Assembly: GCA_947629815.1 (NCBI GenBank)
Contig: CANRFG010000005.1
Span: 1-59,482 of the forward strand
DNA length: 59,482 nt
Reading direction: 5' to 3'
Source: an uncultured Bacilli bacterium
Lineage (GTDB): Bacteria; Bacillota_I; Bacilli_A; RF39; UBA660
This document shows, piece after piece, positions 11,191-21,085 of the stretch. Each line of letters opens with the position of its first letter. The first letter of the stretch is position 1. The notes under the pieces were generated by a model. That model did not search any database. It saw nothing but the letters and a program-made list of their open reading frames with translations, and was not told the DNA's origin. The position numbers were made by a program, and so were the translations under genes.

Positions 11191-11459
11191 TTCGTACAAA
11201 ATGTACGAAATTATAGCAAAAATATGTACATTTTGTACGAAATTTATACTTTTTAAAAAATTTTTATTTGAGTAATCTTATTTACAATGTAATTCTTATC
11301 TTTGTTCTTTACTTTAAGTTTGTTTCTATAACAACTTAAAAAGAATTTTAGAAATTGAGTTATATTAAAAATTTAAATATATCAAAGTTCCTATTGCTTA
11401 TCTATAACTTTAAAAAAATATGTAAGTTCTTCCAAAAGTTCTTACATACTTTAATTTTA

Positions 11460-12311
11460 TTATGCTATAACTAATGCTGATTCTAATATTTCAATTATTT
11501 CGTTTATTGCATTAATTGTATCTTCGAATTTTACTTTTTTCGCATAGTTAAGTTTTTTACTATAATTATAAAATAATTCTTTTAATACAGCACTATCTTT
11601 TATTATTTCAAATATATTGTTTATGTATTCAATATCAAAATTTACATTTCTATGCTTAAATGTTCTTTCAATAGCTTTAATTAATGTATTTTTATTCACT
11701 TTATCAATATGATTATTTATTATTACATAAATATCATAAAAGTCTTTAGCTCTTGTAGTAGTTATATTTTTGCTAATAATACTTTCAAACTTTTCAGCTA
11801 TTATAGTTTCAATGGTGTAAGCCATAATGTTAATAGTTTTTTCTTCAAATATAGAGTTATATTTATATTTAATTTCTCTTGGTGTAATAACATCTCCTGT
11901 TGTTACTTCTATAAAAAAATTAGTTTTTAATTTATCATATTCTCCATATACATTTATTCTATAACCACCATATTCATCTTCTAATTTGATATCCTTAATA
12001 TAATCTATTTTAAAAATAAAACCATCATCTATATCAATTGATAATATTTCTTCAAAAATATCTTTAATAGACTGTTCATTTAATGGAATACTTTTTAATG
12101 TAGCGTCTATATCTTTTGTAGTTCTCATATCACTTCCTATAATTGAAGAAAGTAATACTCCACCTTTTAGAATAATATTATCTTTATACTTGCTTTTTTC
12201 TAACCTCATTAGTACATGTTCAAAGAAAAACATTTGATGAAGATGTAATGATATATCATTACTTCCATTAGCGTGTTTTTTTATTAGAGCATTAAGTTTA
12301 TTACTATTCAT
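11460..12311 (-). CDS. abiEii: AbiEii-family nucleotidyltransferase toxin (type IV TA / abortive infection)
   Basis: ILKGGVLL, RTTKDID, ETIIAEKF and TRAKDFYD motifs. Confidence 0.9.
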   Translation of the reverse strand: MNSNKLNALIKKHANGSNDISLHLHQMFFFEHVLMRLEKSKYKDNIILKGGVLLSSIIGSDMRTTKDIDATLKSIPLNEQSIKDIFEEILSIDIDDGFIFKIDYIKDIKLEDEYGGYRINVYGEYDKLKTNFFIEVTTGDVITPREIKYKYNSIFEEKTINIMAYTIETIIAEKFESIISKNITTTRAKDFYDIYVIINNHIDKVNKNTLIKAIERTFKHRNVNFDIEYINNIFEIIKDSAVLKELFYNYSKKLNYAKKVKFEDTINAINEIIEILESALVIA

Positions 12312-12904
12312 TATAAAATTACCTGCATAATTTCTACAACTTCCTTTTCAATGTTTAACTTTTTTGAATATTTAGCAAGTTTTAAAATATTTTTGCTTTT
12401 TCTTTCAGCATACCATTTTAAAGCCTTAGTATAAATTTCTTTATCCATATGATTTTTATTTTTAATAATATCACAAATAGTTCTTTCAACATCATAACAT
12501 TTAATATCCATGCCATATGGAGATTTAATGGTTTCCATTCCTAAGTTTAAAACACTATCATCTACATAATGCAGTGATACTGTATCAATATTTTGTAGTT
12601 GTCCACCATATCCACGAGGAACAGTAATATCAAAATATAATGGTGTTCTATCTGATAAATCGTGTAAAAAAAGGGACGTAGTATAAGAAAATATAGCATT
12701 TTTACTTTTTGAAATAATTGTATAATAATAATCATTAATCATGTTAGGTAATGAATAATATCCAGCTGATACTCTTTCTAACAAACCACCATCACATAAT
12801 CTTTTTAATGCCATTTTATTTAATCCATTATTAACGACTTCTTTAGTAGTAATATAACCATCATTTTTTTCTACTAATTGTAAAATCTTTTCTAAATCAC
12901 TCAT
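12311..12904 (-). CDS. abiEi: AbiEi-family antitoxin / transcriptional regulator
   Basis: N-terminal wHTH (LERVSAGYY), FSYTTSLFLHDL, YDVERTICD. RBS GAGGTG precedes ATG 12904. Overlaps abiEii by 1 nt. Confidence 0.88.
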   Translation of the reverse strand: MSDLEKILQLVEKNDGYITTKEVVNNGLNKMALKRLCDGGLLERVSAGYYSLPNMINDYYYTIISKSKNAIFSYTTSLFLHDLSDRTPLYFDITVPRGYGGQLQNIDTVSLHYVDDSVLNLGMETIKSPYGMDIKCYDVERTICDIIKNKNHMDKEIYTKALKWYAERKSKNILKLAKYSKKLNIEKEVVEIMQVIL

Positions 12905-12926
12905 AGATAACACCTCTCTTGTGATA

Positions 12927-13010
12927 ATTATACTATATTATTGACTAAAATAAAATAGTTTTTGTTACTTTTTAAATTATTTTTTTAATATTTTAATTTT
13001 AAAAGTAACA
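12927..13010 (-). promoter_or_regulatory. abiE promoter (-10 TATAAT) and a 17-bp inverted-repeat operator
   Basis: TATAAT on the minus strand at 12927-12932. TGTTACTTTTTAAATTA (12963-12979) and TAATTTTAAAAGTAACA (12994-13010) pair with one mismatch. AbiEi proteins are known to autorepress via inverted repeats. Confidence 0.55.
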
Positions 13011-13077
13011 TTTATAATAACTTATAAAATGTTCTTTTTTTCATTAAAAATTCATATGTTACACTAGGGTGAATACT

Positions 13078-14985
13078 ATGTTTTTTAAAAATATACATTC
13101 AAGAATAAAAATAGTTTTAATAATAATAATTTTCCTATTTATTCTAATAATTGCTAAAGTATTTTATATACAAGTAATAGATTATAATAAACTTTCAAAT
13201 TATGCATCAGATTTATGGAGTAGAAATCTACCAATAGAAGCAAATCGAGGTATTATATACGATACAAATGGTGTAGTTTTAGCTGATAACATAACTACAG
13301 TATCATTAGTAATAATACCTAATCAAGTACAAAATAAAGAAGAAACAGCAAGAAAATTATCTGAAATATTAAATGTTTCATATGATGAAATGTATTCACA
13401 TGTGAGTAAAAAAACATCAATTGAAAGAGTACATCCAGAAGGAAGAAGATTAAGTTATGAAATAGCAGATAAAATAAATGAATTAAAATTACCAGGTATA
13501 TATTTAATAAAAGAATCAAAAAGATATTATCCATATGATACATTATTGTCACATACTATTGGATTTGTAGGAATAGATAATCAAGGTTTAAGTGGACTTG
13601 AACTACTTTATGATGATTACTTAACAGGAAGTTATGGAGCAATAAAATATTTTAGTGACGCTAAAGGAAATAGATTAAATTTAAGTGAAATATATGAACA
13701 GCCACAAGATGGTATAAATTTAACTCTTACAATAAATTATGAAATACAATCTTCATTAGAAAGAGAATTAAATAATGCTGTATTAAAATATAATCCTGAT
13801 CAAGCGCTTGGAATAGCGATGAATCCAAAAACAGGTGAGATTTTGGCGATTGCCTCAAAACCAGACTTTTCTCCTAGTAATTATCAAAATTATACAGTAG
13901 AAGAAATAAATAGAAATTTGCCTATTTGGGCAACATATGAACCAGGTTCAACTTTTAAAATAATAACACTTGCATCTTCATTAGAAGAAGGAATAGTAGA
14001 TTTAGAAAAAGATACATTTTTTGATGGTGGTGCGATAACAGTAGAAGGCGCAACAATACATTGTTGGAAACATGGAGGACATGGCGCTCAAACATATTTA
14101 CAAGTTGTAGAAAATTCATGTAACCCTGGATTTGTAAATTTAGGATTAAAACTAGGTAAAGAAAAATTATTCTCATATATAGATAAATTTGGATTTGGTA
14201 AAAAAACAGGTGTCGATTTAAATGGGGAAAGTAGTGGAATATTATTTAGTTTAGATAAAGTAGGTCCTGTTGAATTAGCTACAACTGCATTTGGTCAAGG
14301 TGTAAGTGTAACTCCTATACAACAAATAACAGCAGTAAGTGCAGCAATAAATGGAGGAACATTATATAAACCATATGTTGTAAAAAGTTTAAACGAACCT
14401 GTTACAAATACAGTAATACAAGAAAATCATCCAACAAAAGTAAGAACAGTTATAAGTGAAGAAACAAGTAAAAAAGTAAGAGAAACATTAGAAAGTGTAG
14501 TAACAAATGGTACAGGAAGACCTGCATATATAGAAGGATATAGAGTAGGAGGAAAAACAGGAACTGCTCAAAAAGTAAAAGATGGAAAATATATGGTAGG
14601 AAATTATATCGTATCATTTATTGGATTTTTACCGGCCGATGACCCACAAATTGTTGTATATGTAGCGATAGATAATGCTAAAGGAGTAACACAATATGGA
14701 GGTACAGTCGCAGCACCTATAGCAAAAAACATACTTACTGATTCTATAGAAATTTTAGGTATTGAAAAAAGAAACACAACAACAGAAAAAAAATATAACT
14801 ATGGTGAAAAAAAATATGTGACTGTACCTAATGTAGTTGGATATTCCGTTTCAGATGCTAAAAAAGAATTAAAAGGATTTAATTTAGAATTTTCTGGTAC
14901 AGGAGATAAAATAAGTTATCAATCACCAGAAGCAAATACAAGAGTTTTAGAAGGTTCAAGTATTAGATTATTATTAACAGAATAG
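13078..14985 (+). CDS. spoVD: Stage V sporulation protein D (class B PBP with PASTA domain)
   Basis: YEPGSTFK (SxxK), ENSCNPGF (SCN), GGKTGTAQK, IHCWK..GHG, C-terminal PASTA domain. Confidence 0.88.
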   Translation: MFFKNIHSRIKIVLIIIIFLFILIIAKVFYIQVIDYNKLSNYASDLWSRNLPIEANRGIIYDTNGVVLADNITTVSLVIIPNQVQNKEETARKLSEILNVSYDEMYSHVSKKTSIERVHPEGRRLSYEIADKINELKLPGIYLIKESKRYYPYDTLLSHTIGFVGIDNQGLSGLELLYDDYLTGSYGAIKYFSDAKGNRLNLSEIYEQPQDGINLTLTINYEIQSSLERELNNAVLKYNPDQALGIAMNPKTGEILAIASKPDFSPSNYQNYTVEEINRNLPIWATYEPGSTFKIITLASSLEEGIVDLEKDTFFDGGAITVEGATIHCWKHGGHGAQTYLQVVENSCNPGFVNLGLKLGKEKLFSYIDKFGFGKKTGVDLNGESSGILFSLDKVGPVELATTAFGQGVSVTPIQQITAVSAAINGGTLYKPYVVKSLNEPVTNTVIQENHPTKVRTVISEETSKKVRETLESVVTNGTGRPAYIEGYRVGGKTGTAQKVKDGKYMVGNYIVSFIGFLPADDPQIVVYVAIDNAKGVTQYGGTVAAPIAKNILTDSIEILGIEKRNTTTEKKYNYGEKKYVTVPNVVGYSVSDAKKELKGFNLEFSGTGDKISYQSPEANTRVLEGSSIRLLLTE

Positions 14986-14996
14986 AAGGTGAAATT

Positions 14997-15989
14997 ATGA
15001 TAATGATGGTTAAATCAGTACTTTCAATGATGATAGGATTTATATTTTCATTAATAGTTGGTGTTTTTCTAGTACCAATATTAAAAAAGAAAAAAATTAA
15101 TCAAACATTAAGTATATACTTAGAAGAAAGACATAAAAAAAAGATAGGAACTCCTACTATGGGAGGATTAATATTTATAATACCTGTTATTATTTATTTA
15201 ATATTGATGATAATATTAGGTAAAATTAAAATAAATTATACATTAATTTTAGTAGTTTTTACTTTCTTAAGTTATTCTTTAATAGGTTTTATAGATGATT
15301 ATTTAATAATTAAAAAAAACAATAATAAAGGATTAAGTGAAACTTCAAAATTTGTAATGCAAATAATAATAGCAGTTATATTTTTCTTTATATTTATGAA
15401 AGGTGGAAATGAACCATTAATATGGATACATACACTTAATATTAAAGTAAATATTGGTTGGTTATATGGAGTATTTATATTACTTGTTTTAGTTGCAAGT
15501 AGTAATGCAGTAAATATAACAGATGGACTTGATGGACTTTCAGGTGGTCTTAGTTTAATTGCTTTTATAACTTTTTCACTTATTTCATGGAATACAGGAT
15601 GGCTAGAAGGATATAGTGATATTGCACTTTTTGGATTTGCTTTATCAGGAGCTTTACTTGGATTTTTAGTTTTCAATATAAAACCTGCTAAAATATTTAT
15701 GGGGGATACAGGTTCACTTGCGCTTGGCGCAACACTTGGAACATATGCAATACTTACAAGACATGAATTATTACTAATTGTAATAGGAATAGTATTTGTA
15801 ATAGAAACATTAAGTTGTGTTATTCAAAGATTTTATTATAAATTAACTAAAAAAAGACTTTTTCCTATGACACCAATACATCATACTTTTGAAAAAATGG
15901 GTTGGAAAGAAGAAAACATAGTTAAATTATTTTGGATAGTTGGTTTAATTGCTTCCATGATATCACTTAGTTTTGGGGTATTATTATGA
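14997..15989 (+). CDS. mraY: Phospho-N-acetylmuramoyl-pentapeptide transferase
   Basis: GTPTMGG, GFIDDY, NAVNITDGLDGL, IFMGDTGS, PIHHTFE. Confidence 0.95.
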   Translation: MIMMVKSVLSMMIGFIFSLIVGVFLVPILKKKKINQTLSIYLEERHKKKIGTPTMGGLIFIIPVIIYLILMIILGKIKINYTLILVVFTFLSYSLIGFIDDYLIIKKNNNKGLSETSKFVMQIIIAVIFFFIFMKGGNEPLIWIHTLNIKVNIGWLYGVFILLVLVASSNAVNITDGLDGLSGGLSLIAFITFSLISWNTGWLEGYSDIALFGFALSGALLGFLVFNIKPAKIFMGDTGSLALGATLGTYAILTRHELLLIVIGIVFVIETLSCVIQRFYYKLTKKRLFPMTPIHHTFEKMGWKEENIVKLFWIVGLIASMISLSFGVLL

Positions 15990-17077
15990 AAAAGAAAAAT
16001 GTAGAAATGTTATTAGTAATTTCAGTTATTTTAATATCTATATTTGGTATTGTAATGATTTATTCAGCATCATATATTTGGGCAGAATTTAAATATAATG
16101 ATTCACTTAAATATGTAAAAAATCAAGCATTATTCTTTATAATAGGTATTATTTTAATGTTTTTTGTAAGTAAAATAGATTATAAAATTTATTTAAAAAA
16201 AGCAAATATAATTTTAATTGGTTGTTTAATATTATTAGTATTAGTAATAATTCCAGGTGTTGGTATGGTTAGAAATGGTAGTAGAAGTTGGTTTGGTATT
16301 GGTTCATTTGGAGTTCAACCTAGTGAATTTACTAAACTTGCTTTAATAATATTTACATCTAAATATTTAATGAATAATGAAAAAAGAATGAAAGATATAA
16401 AAAAAGGAGTTTTACCAATACTAGCTGTTTTATTTTTAACATTTGGACTTATAATGTTACAGCCAGATTTTGGAACAGGTATGATAATAGTAGTTTCAAT
16501 AATAGGATTATTATTTGTAGGTGGAGTAAATATGAAATTTTTTATAGGACTTGGAATTATAGGGGTTTTAGGTATAACAGGTCTTATTATAGTTGCTCCT
16601 TATCGTTTAGCGCGTATTCTTTCATTTTTAAATCCTTGGTCTGACCCACTTGGTAGTGGATTTCAAATAATACAATCATTATATGCGATAGGACCTGGTG
16701 GATTATTTGGATTTGGATTTTTAAATTCAAGGCAAAAACATTTTTATTTACCAGAGCCACAAACAGATTTTATTTTTTCTATAATTAGTGAAGAATTTGG
16801 ATTTCTTGGAATAGTTATAGTTGCAGCTTTATTTTTAACTATAATTATTACAGGATTTAAAATATCTAGAAATTGTAAAGATATATTTGGAAAATATTTA
16901 TCATTTGGAATAATGTTTCAATTATCTTTTCAAGCCATACTTAATTTAATGGTTGTAGTAGGGCTTATTCCTGTAACGGGAGTAACACTTCCTTTTCTTT
17001 CTTATGGTGGCTCTAGTTTGCTTATAACTTTATGTAGTATTGGAATAGTCCTTAATATTTCAAGGTATGAGAAATAA
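15986..17077 (+). CDS. spoVE: SEDS family peptidoglycan polymerase SpoVE/FtsW
   Basis: NGSRSW, QPSEFTK, LQPDFG, YLPEPQTDFIF, GVTLPFLSYGGSSL; co-located with spoVD. Confidence 0.8.
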   Translation: MKKKNVEMLLVISVILISIFGIVMIYSASYIWAEFKYNDSLKYVKNQALFFIIGIILMFFVSKIDYKIYLKKANIILIGCLILLVLVIIPGVGMVRNGSRSWFGIGSFGVQPSEFTKLALIIFTSKYLMNNEKRMKDIKKGVLPILAVLFLTFGLIMLQPDFGTGMIIVVSIIGLLFVGGVNMKFFIGLGIIGVLGITGLIIVAPYRLARILSFLNPWSDPLGSGFQIIQSLYAIGPGGLFGFGFLNSRQKHFYLPEPQTDFIFSIISEEFGFLGIVIVAALFLTIIITGFKISRNCKDIFGKYLSFGIMFQLSFQAILNLMVVVGLIPVTGVTLPFLSYGGSSLLITLCSIGIVLNISRYEK

Positions 17078-17147
17078 CTTTAATAGTTATTTTTTTTTGT
17101 AAACTTTTCATAAATATCTTTACAAAATGGAAATAATAGAGTAAAAT

Positions 17148-17182
17148 AGTGGATGTAAGTGGGATAAAGTGTCAAAAAGTGG
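17148..17182 (+). promoter_or_regulatory. MraZ-binding direct repeats (four AGTG(G) boxes, 10-bp period)
   Basis: AGTGG at 17148, 17158 and 17178 and AGTGT at 17168, directly upstream of mraZ. Confidence 0.8.
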
Positions 17183-17192
17183 GGTGTTTGAT

Positions 17193-17627
17193 ATGTTCAT
17201 GGGAGAATATCATTATTCAATTGATGAAAAAGGAAGAATAACAATTCCTTCAAAATTAAGGTATGAACTAGGTGAAAATTTCATACTTACTCGTGGACTA
17301 GATGGTTGCTTATTTATATATCCAAAGCAAGAATGGGTAACTATTGTAAATAAATATAAAGAACTACCAAACATTAAAGACGCTAGAAATTTTATGAGAT
17401 TTTTTCTATCAGGTGCGACAATATGTGAACTTGATAAACAAGGTAGAGTAAACATAAATCAACCACTAATAGATTATGCTGATTTAAAAAAAGACTGTGT
17501 AATAATTGGCGTAAACGAGAGAATAGAAATTTGGAGCAAAGAACGTTGGGAAACATTTATCCAAGAAAATGAAAACAACTTATCAGATATTGCAGATAAT
17601 TTATTTGCATCTAATTTAAGTATTTAG
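17193..17627 (+). CDS. mraZ: Transcriptional regulator MraZ
   Basis: MFMGEYHYSIDEKGR, LDKQGRV. The likely start is ATG 17193; the track's GTG 17169 lies within the MraZ boxes. Confidence 0.95.
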   Translation: MFMGEYHYSIDEKGRITIPSKLRYELGENFILTRGLDGCLFIYPKQEWVTIVNKYKELPNIKDARNFMRFFLSGATICELDKQGRVNINQPLIDYADLKKDCVIIGVNERIEIWSKERWETFIQENENNLSDIADNLFASNLSI

Positions 17628-17636
17628 GAGGTATTT

Positions 17637-18554
17637 ATGCATATAAGTGTTTTACTTGAAGAGTGCCTACAATATTTAAATTTAAAAGAAGAAGATATAG
17701 TTGTAGATTGTACATTAGGTTATGCGGGACATAGTAGTAACATACTTAAAAGAATAAAAAAGGGGTTTTTATTCGCCTTTGACCAAGATAATGAAGCAAT
17801 AGAAAAATCATTTGTAAAACTTAAAAATATTTCTTCTAATTTTGAAATAATAAATACTAATTTTGTAAATATTAAATCAGAATTAAATAAAAGAAATATA
17901 AAAGAAGTAAATTCAATATTATATGATTTAGGGGTTTCAAGTCCACAACTTGATGAAGACGAAAGAGGTTTTAGCTTTCATAATGATGCAAGACTTGATA
18001 TGAGAATGAATCAAAATCAAAAATTAAGTGCTTATGAAGTTGTAAATGAATATGATTATGAAAAATTAGTACAGATTTTTTATAAATATGGAGAAGAAAA
18101 ATATTCAGTACCTATAGCTAAAAATATAGTAAAAGCAAGAAATATAAAAAAAATAGAAACAACTTTAGAGTTAGTAGAAATAATAAGGTCTTCTGTTCCA
18201 GAAAAATATAGAAGAGAAAAACACCCAGCTAGGAAGATTTTTCAAGCAATAAGAATAGAAGTAAATGATGAATTAAATGTATTTGAAAAAAGTTTAAGAG
18301 ATTCTTTAGATTTAATTAAAATAGGTGGAAGAATATGTGTAATAACATTCCATTCCTTAGAAGATAGAATATGTAAACAGGTATTTAATGAAGTAAGTAA
18401 AGTAGATAAAAAACTTGAAAAACTACCTGTAATACCTGAACAGTTTAAACCAAAATTTAAAGTAATAGCTAGCATAAGTCCAACAGAAGAAGAAATTATA
18501 AAAAATAAAAGAGCGCGAAGTGCGAGATTAAGAGTAATAGAAAGGGTAAAATAA
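17637..18554 (+). CDS. rsmH: 16S rRNA m4C1402 methyltransferase
   Basis: HISVLL, DCTLG.AGHS, DLGVSSPQLD..RGFS, FQAIRIEVN, ITFHSLEDR, RARSARLR. Confidence 0.97.
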   Translation: MHISVLLEECLQYLNLKEEDIVVDCTLGYAGHSSNILKRIKKGFLFAFDQDNEAIEKSFVKLKNISSNFEIINTNFVNIKSELNKRNIKEVNSILYDLGVSSPQLDEDERGFSFHNDARLDMRMNQNQKLSAYEVVNEYDYEKLVQIFYKYGEEKYSVPIAKNIVKARNIKKIETTLELVEIIRSSVPEKYRREKHPARKIFQAIRIEVNDELNVFEKSLRDSLDLIKIGGRICVITFHSLEDRICKQVFNEVSKVDKKLEKLPVIPEQFKPKFKVIASISPTEEEIIKNKRARSARLRVIERVK

Positions 18555-18555
18555 T

Positions 18556-18849
18556 ATGGAAAGAAAAAAAATAAGAGCAAAAATTACAAGAGGAGAAAAG
18601 ATGCTTTATAGTGTATCTATATTAGCTTTTCTATTTACTTTTGTGCTTAAAATATTTTGTGGTGCGACACTTGGAAATTTAAGTATAGACACTGAGAAAG
18701 TAAGAACAAAAATAGCCTCACAACAAAAAACAAATGAGTCTTTAACAATGCAAGTAAATGAATTAACTTCATTTGATTATGTAAAAGATGTTGTAAAAGA
18801 AATGGGATTGGCTTATAATAATGATAATATAGTAATTGTAAACGAATAG
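18556..18849 (+). CDS. ftsL: Cell division protein FtsL
   Basis: Small bitopic protein with a coiled coil, between rsmH and a PBP gene. Confidence 0.8.
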   Translation: MERKKIRAKITRGEKMLYSVSILAFLFTFVLKIFCGATLGNLSIDTEKVRTKIASQQKTNESLTMQVNELTSFDYVKDVVKEMGLAYNNDNIVIVNE

Positions 18850-18864
18850 TAACGAGGTGTAAAA

Positions 18865-21024
18865 ATGAAAGCAAGAAATAATAAAACATGGAAATATCCA
18901 ATTAATATTTTTATTATTTTTCTTGTTTTTTTTAGTATAATTATACTTCAATTTGGATATATATCACTTTTCCCAAATATATATGGAATAAATATGAAGA
19001 AATTCGCTACAAGTAGAAATACAGTATCTACAACACTTAGAGCTTCTCGTGGAAGTATATTTGATTCAGAAGGTAATCCTTTAGCGATAACTGTAACATC
19101 ATATACAGTAATTGCTTATTTATCAGAATCAAGAACTACAAATCCAGAAAAGCCACAACATGTAGTAGATGTTGAATATACTGCTAAAATGCTTTCACCA
19201 ATTTTAAACATGACAGAAGAAAGGTTAACAGAATTATTATCTAGAAAAGTTTATCAAGTTGAGTTAGGTCCAGGTGGTAGAGGAATAACTGAGGTTAAAA
19301 AACAACAAATTAAAGATTTAGAACTACCAGGAATAGATTTTATCGAAGACCAAAAAAGATATTATCCAAATGGAGATTTTGCTTCTTATATAATTGGATA
19401 TGCCAAAAAAAATGATGATGGAGAAATAATAGGCGAACTTGGTATTGAATCTAAATACAACGATATATTAAAAGGTACAGATGGTTATTTAAAATATCAA
19501 AGAAATAATTATGGATATAAAATTCCAGATACTCCAGAAGAAAGATTAGATGCCGTTGAAGGTAGTGATATATATTTAACAATAGATTCAGGTATTCAAA
19601 GATTTTTGGAAGATGCAATAAAATCTGCTAGTGAAAAATATCCAACTGATTGGTTATTGTTTACTGTAATGGACGCAAAAACAGGTAAAATTTTAGGAAG
19701 TGCGACAACACCTTCATATAATCCAAATATATTAAATATAACAAATTATGAAAATCCATTAGTAACATATGCATTTGAACCAGGTTCAACAATGAAAATA
19801 TATTCTTTTATGTGTGCAGTAGATAAAGGAACATATGATGGTAATGCAACATATCAATCTGGAACAATTACATCTGGAAAAGATACAATATATGACTTTA
19901 ATAGAGTAGGTTGGGGAAGAATAAGCTTTGATTTAGGATTCGAATATTCAAGTAATGTTGCAGCTTCACATTTAATAAGAGATAAAATTATAACAAAAGA
20001 TGAATTAAAAGAATGTTATACAAAATATGGATTTGGGCAAAAAACAGGTATAGAATTAAGTAGAGAAGTAGCAGGTAAAATAGAATTTAATTATGATGTA
20101 GAAGTACTTTCTGCAACTTATGGACAAGGTATTTTAACAACTCCTATTCAGCATTTGCAGGCACTTACAATAATCGCTAACAATGGAAAAATGTTAAAAC
20201 CTTACATAATTGAAAAAATTGTAGATACAAACACAGGTGAAATAACATATGAAGGTAAAAAACAAGAAAGTGAACAAATAGTAAAAGAATCAACAGTAGA
20301 AAAAATGAAAGAACTTATGTTTAATGTTATAAATGGTAAAAATCCATCCACAACAGGAACAGGATACAGAATAGATGGATTTGATGTAATAGGAAAAACA
20401 GGAACTGCTGAAATATATGAAAATGGAAGTTATTCAAATAATTACATATATTCGTTTGCAGGAATGTATCCTAAAGATGACCCACAATTAATAATATATG
20501 CTGCTGCAAAAAAACCAACTTGGGGAAGGTCAGCTGTTTTATATACGACAACACGTGAATTAATGAAAAATATGGCAAAATATTATAATATGTTTGGAGA
20601 AGAAAAAGAAGATAAGTCTTTAGAAGAATATGTGGTTCAAAATTATATAAATAAAAGCGTTAGTGAAGTTTCAAGTAATTTAAAAGAAAAAAATATACAA
20701 GTTATAGTATTAGGTGATGGGGATAAAGTAATAAATCAATATCCAAAATCACAAGAAATAATAGTAGAAAAAGACAAAGTAATTTTACTTACAAATTCAG
20801 GTGAAATCAAAATGCCTTCTATCGCAGGTTGGTCTAAAAAAGAAGTAGAAGCACTTTCTAATTTATTAAATATAAACTATGAAATAAATGGATATGGTTA
20901 TGTTTCAAATCAAAGTATAAAATCAGGTACAATTTTAACTGATGATTTAAAACTTATAGTAGAACTAAAAAACAAATATATACAGGAAGAAACAGAACAA
21001 AAAGAAGAACAACAAAATAATTAA
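18865..21024 (+). CDS. pbpB: Division class B penicillin-binding protein (PBP2B/2X-like) with two PASTA domains
   Basis: QVELGPGGRGI, FEPGSTMK, SSNV, GKTGTA; position after ftsL. Confidence 0.88.
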   Translation: MKARNNKTWKYPINIFIIFLVFFSIIILQFGYISLFPNIYGINMKKFATSRNTVSTTLRASRGSIFDSEGNPLAITVTSYTVIAYLSESRTTNPEKPQHVVDVEYTAKMLSPILNMTEERLTELLSRKVYQVELGPGGRGITEVKKQQIKDLELPGIDFIEDQKRYYPNGDFASYIIGYAKKNDDGEIIGELGIESKYNDILKGTDGYLKYQRNNYGYKIPDTPEERLDAVEGSDIYLTIDSGIQRFLEDAIKSASEKYPTDWLLFTVMDAKTGKILGSATTPSYNPNILNITNYENPLVTYAFEPGSTMKIYSFMCAVDKGTYDGNATYQSGTITSGKDTIYDFNRVGWGRISFDLGFEYSSNVAASHLIRDKIITKDELKECYTKYGFGQKTGIELSREVAGKIEFNYDVEVLSATYGQGILTTPIQHLQALTIIANNGKMLKPYIIEKIVDTNTGEITYEGKKQESEQIVKESTVEKMKELMFNVINGKNPSTTGTGYRIDGFDVIGKTGTAEIYENGSYSNNYIYSFAGMYPKDDPQLIIYAAAKKPTWGRSAVLYTTTRELMKNMAKYYNMFGEEKEDKSLEEYVVQNYINKSVSEVSSNLKEKNIQVIVLGDGDKVINQYPKSQEIIVEKDKVILLTNSGEIKMPSIAGWSKKEVEALSNLLNINYEINGYGYVSNQSIKSGTILTDDLKLIVELKNKYIQEETEQKEEQQNN

Positions 21025-21030
21025 CATACT

Positions 21031-21064
21031 TAAAAAACGACATAATAAATAGTCGTTTTTTTTT
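21031..21064 (+). terminator. Terminator after pbpB, abutting a TATAAT for spoIIGA
   Basis: AAAAAACGAC-N10-GTCGTTTTTTTT. Confidence 0.6.
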
Positions 21065-21085
21065 ATAATGTAGTTGGTGATAAAA

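Noticed and set aside
21036-21070. Spo0A box (AACGACA) upstream of spoIIGA
   Set aside because: Only a 5/7 match to TTCGACA, and it is part of a terminator stem; plausible but unsupported
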